A DNA stretch of 48,891 bases, filler included, from Basidiobolus ranarum (lineage: Eukaryota), in assembly GCA_040143965.1 (NCBI GenBank). It is 2 parts of 2 records of this genome, joined end to end, with 100 filler letters (N's around TTAATTAATTAA, not from the genome) between each part and the next. Parts side by side here need not be neighbours in the genome. Positions count along the whole stretch, not along the records: positions 24,526 to 48,891 come from JASJQH010007030.1; 1 more part is not named here. The stretch is one strand, 5' to 3'. The translations under genes were made by a program, and so were the position numbers. This document shows, piece after piece, positions 45,530 through 48,891 of this stretch (position 1 is the stretch's first letter; the number at the start of each line of letters is the position of its first letter). Under the pieces are notes generated by a model that worked only from the letters and a program-made list of their open reading frames with translations, made no database searches and was not told the DNA's origin.

Positions 45530-48500
45530 TTGGTCTGTGATTGCTGAGTAAGAAGGAAGGGTAAAAGCAGACAAGACGAGCTTATATCGCACCCTATTTA
45601 TTACCCAAGCAAGATTAATGAACCCCAGAGAATTATCAAATCTAGATCACGTTGTATCATGCTATACACAGCGGAGAAAGTCTATGCCCTTGACGTTAAC
45701 CGGGATAACATTGTCCGTAAATAATAGCCAGCTCTGAAAATACTGTTTTGTGGAGTCCCACCTTTCTTTTACTTTGATAGGTGAATACAAATGATGATCC
45801 ATTCTATCAGCAGTTATCGTGAAACCAACAAATCTCTTTCTGGAAACTTCTTTGGGAGAATTTAGAATTGGCCCTATCTCGAAGCTGCATTAATTTCCAT
45901 GAGGTTGACTGTCGGCCGATCCCTATTTGGCAAAGTGAATAGATTCATAAGAGAGCTCGATGATATTCATCGAATCCCAACTACATTTCTCATCAATTAC
46001 TTGGCTCTTTTTGGATCCTGACTCACAATAATGTGTGAAATAGCGAATCTCCGGAATTTGTCTTCAGAACTGGGTGTTTTCGCTCATGTGAAATCAACAG
46101 TAAAAGTGGAATTGTTACTTTAAGATTGTTTACTAAACGACTCTATTATACTTACCGATAGTTTCCATTTCAGTGTGAGTGATGATGCTTGTAACCAAGA
46201 GTATAACGACTCTGAGGGAGTTGGTCAATCAGTAGAATCAATTTTGTGGAACAAATTACACGTCAAGACAACATTGTACTATCGGGACTTTTCCGAGTAG
46301 GATGTATTCTCTATCTTCTGTTTCAAAAGGTTCACCACTCTTGCCAGCAGTTGAGCCACTGGTGAGTTTTCGGGTGAATATTCATTTGCTTTTAGACAAG
46401 CATGAATAAAACGATTACAATTCCGAAATGAAATATCATATTCTCTTTGTCACTTCCAATAGCACCGTAGTACAAAGTGCAGTAATAAAAGAACACAATA
46501 ATGCTGACCATGTACGGGGAACGTCAATCAACGATTTAAATTTCCTCAGATGCCTTAAGCACTAATGGGGGAGAAAGCAGATATTTCACCACAGTTGGTC
46601 GGCATTGTAGACTATCTCTGGCTAGGGGTTTTCAGACTACGTCTCATTATATTAGATTGAACTGATTGGGCTTGAGGGGAGAAAAATCAAGTCGCACATG
46701 TTCTAGATTACATTGTCCAACGCCAATTATACACCTTTATCTGACTCAATACAACGGAAGAAGCTATTGCGGTAAAGATGGCTGAGGAATTCGGTCCGGA
46801 CTTGTCATCCTAGTAATGACTCTGTCTGAAAACCTGTCAGAATATTCTGGTATATTCATCTGATACTCTACAGGGAAAGTCGCAAAGTAGTGTTGATTTC
46901 AGTTCTGTTTGTGATGAAAAGTGGATGCGTAGATCACAATGACCCTTCAGACCGATATTTCGACAACGGATCAGGAAGAAGAAAAATACTATAATGTACT
47001 AGTAGAAGTCACAATTCATCAGAGACGACAGGAAGTAGTGATGAAAGCATCGAAAGTAGACCAAGAAAAATACATAGGATCGGTGGTTCGATCTCCAGTA
47101 GTGGCTACACGGCTAGCAAGATAAACCAATCGGCCCTTAGATAAACTCTCCAAAGGATGTTGCCGATGGGTCCTATGATATGTAGGTGGCAAGTATCACC
47201 AAGAGCTAAAATATATAGTGAAATAGCTGCAAATACTGACCAGCTAATGACCAATCATATCGAGTTTAGCAATCCGACTAAAACGAAGATCAATGGTATT
47301 TCAAGTAAATGTATAGATCATTGAAGGCGTGAGATGAATCTCACCACACTATTTACCATAATGGATAATTTTGATTTCAAATCCATGGGTATACAGAGCA
47401 TGTGGAAAATCTCAAGGATCACTTGGGTGCACTAATAAAAGTGACTTTGGAGCTATAAGTAAAGGTTGTAATATTACAACTGACGGTTTCATAAGATCTG
47501 CTGCACTTAGCATATATGTCAGTAAGGATAAATAGACCACCATTCAGGAACTATGGATGTATATCAAATAAACCATAGCGACAAGGCCCATGACAACTCT
47601 ATCAACATGACTCCATCGGTTGCACATACGGTAAAAGTAACTCTGACCAGACATACGCTTGACTATGCATCAAGCACCAAATTGTATTATTTAATTGACA
47701 GTCTCAGTATCAAACAAGATACTCTGGAGACAGTCTCCTGACAAGGTTGGAGTCAACTCAGTCTAGAAAAATGAACACGAAGAGATACGTTATTGGGCTG
47801 CAGTTTTGATTGAGTGCGGAATGCCAGGAGGCCCAGGGCGTGATTTCGATCTGCAAGAGGTTTCTTACATAGCAAACAAGTCACATCTTATCATCTGACT
47901 AAACCTGACTTAAACAATTGGAAATTCAACTGTTGACAGCATATTTCCTGGCACTTGCATCGATGGAAAACACTCCTAATTGAAGAAAGTAATGCAAAGT
48001 CCAGTGATTCCTCGAATGTTTGAGCGCACATCCCATCCTTTGATATTCCTGGAGCATTCTTCATTGAATATTGGCCAATCATTCTCAAGGCATCATACGC
48101 CTAGGATATTGCAGGCCAAGTGTTTTCAGAATTTATCGAGGGATAACAGAAGTTGCGATCTTATGCTGAATGGCCGTCGTTGTAATCATGCAGAATTATT
48201 AGCGACTACAGCACAATAGTTTGTGCAAGGCTTATTTTAAGCTTACAGTAGTTCATGTGAGCCAAATGGCTGCTGTCGAAGGGATGTTTCAAAGAGTGTT
48301 GAAACTGGCGTTGCATCTCTTTTAGTTGATAACTCTAAAGGCGTGTAAAGTTGATCGGAGGTAAAGTTATCTTCTAGAGTGGGTGCTGGTTCGTAAGGCG
48401 CATAGAAGCGGTGGAATTCCCAATTGAAACCGTTTGTTACAAACGCGAATTGGAAATTTCCGTGTTTGATCAGAGATCTAGTTAGATGGATGATGTTGCG

Positions 48501-48891
48501 GAGTTTACTTGTTTCACGTGGGTCGGAGTATTGTTATTTGCTAGTAGCTCAAAGCCAACGGGAATTTTCTCATTCCTTCGCGACATTCGTGAGTGAAATA
48601 TATAAAAGTTTTATGATCATGATATTTCTTATGTTCATAATTTTCTAGCTTGCTATCTGTCAACTCAATCTCAGACCTACCTATTCCAGCCGAGTCCCCA
48701 GTTATTATCTTCTTAGTTCTTTTCTCAAGCTATTGAGCTACACTCTAGAATGCTCATTCGAAATTTAACCCTTTTAGGACTCTTGCTTGCCAGCATCCAA
48801 GCCGAACCAATAGAGAAAGCCATAGTTCTTTCTCAGTCCACAAACCATGTACCAAATAGGGCTCGAATGAAGAATCGCTATCGGTTTAGAA

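Noticed and set aside
48240-48535. Stop-free minus-strand frame of about 95 codons (ETSKLRNIIHLTRSLIKHGNFQFAF...)
   Set aside because: No start codon, no convincing in-frame acceptor and no recognisable motif. It could be a decayed gene but I cannot support that.

Overview
Eukaryotic, AT-rich, intron-rich DNA. Short GT-AG introns with CTAAC/CTGAC-like branch points and the gene content point to an early-diverging fungus such as Zoopagomycota or Mucoromycota (inference). Bases 1-21.2 kb are dense housekeeping genes: Cys-rich membrane protein, PX-PB1 protein, sulfurtransferase, Nudix CoA pyrophosphatase, peroxiredoxin, ribosomal P2, TDP2-like EEP enzyme, NOP16, a SNAPC5-like protein, SRR1, USB1, an LrgA/LrgB fusion and CWC27. 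Bases 21.4-48.9 kb are gene-sparse: tandem alpha-arrestins, an assembly gap, a transporter 3' end, solo-LTR-like repeats with 5-bp target-site duplications, three paralogous micro-ORFs, a PA-TM-RING ligase, a secreted His/Gly/Lys-rich protein, a ZIP transporter and cytochrome b5. Three observations stand out. (1) Three 78-91 aa genes share a C-terminal motif I do not recognise and have near-identical TATA-to-ATG spacing. (2) The SRR1 gene needs an AT-AC, U12-type intron to stay in frame. (3) A SNAPC5/SNAP19-like coiled-coil is hidden across exons that the ORF track misses. Exon structures were derived by eye and no database searches were run.
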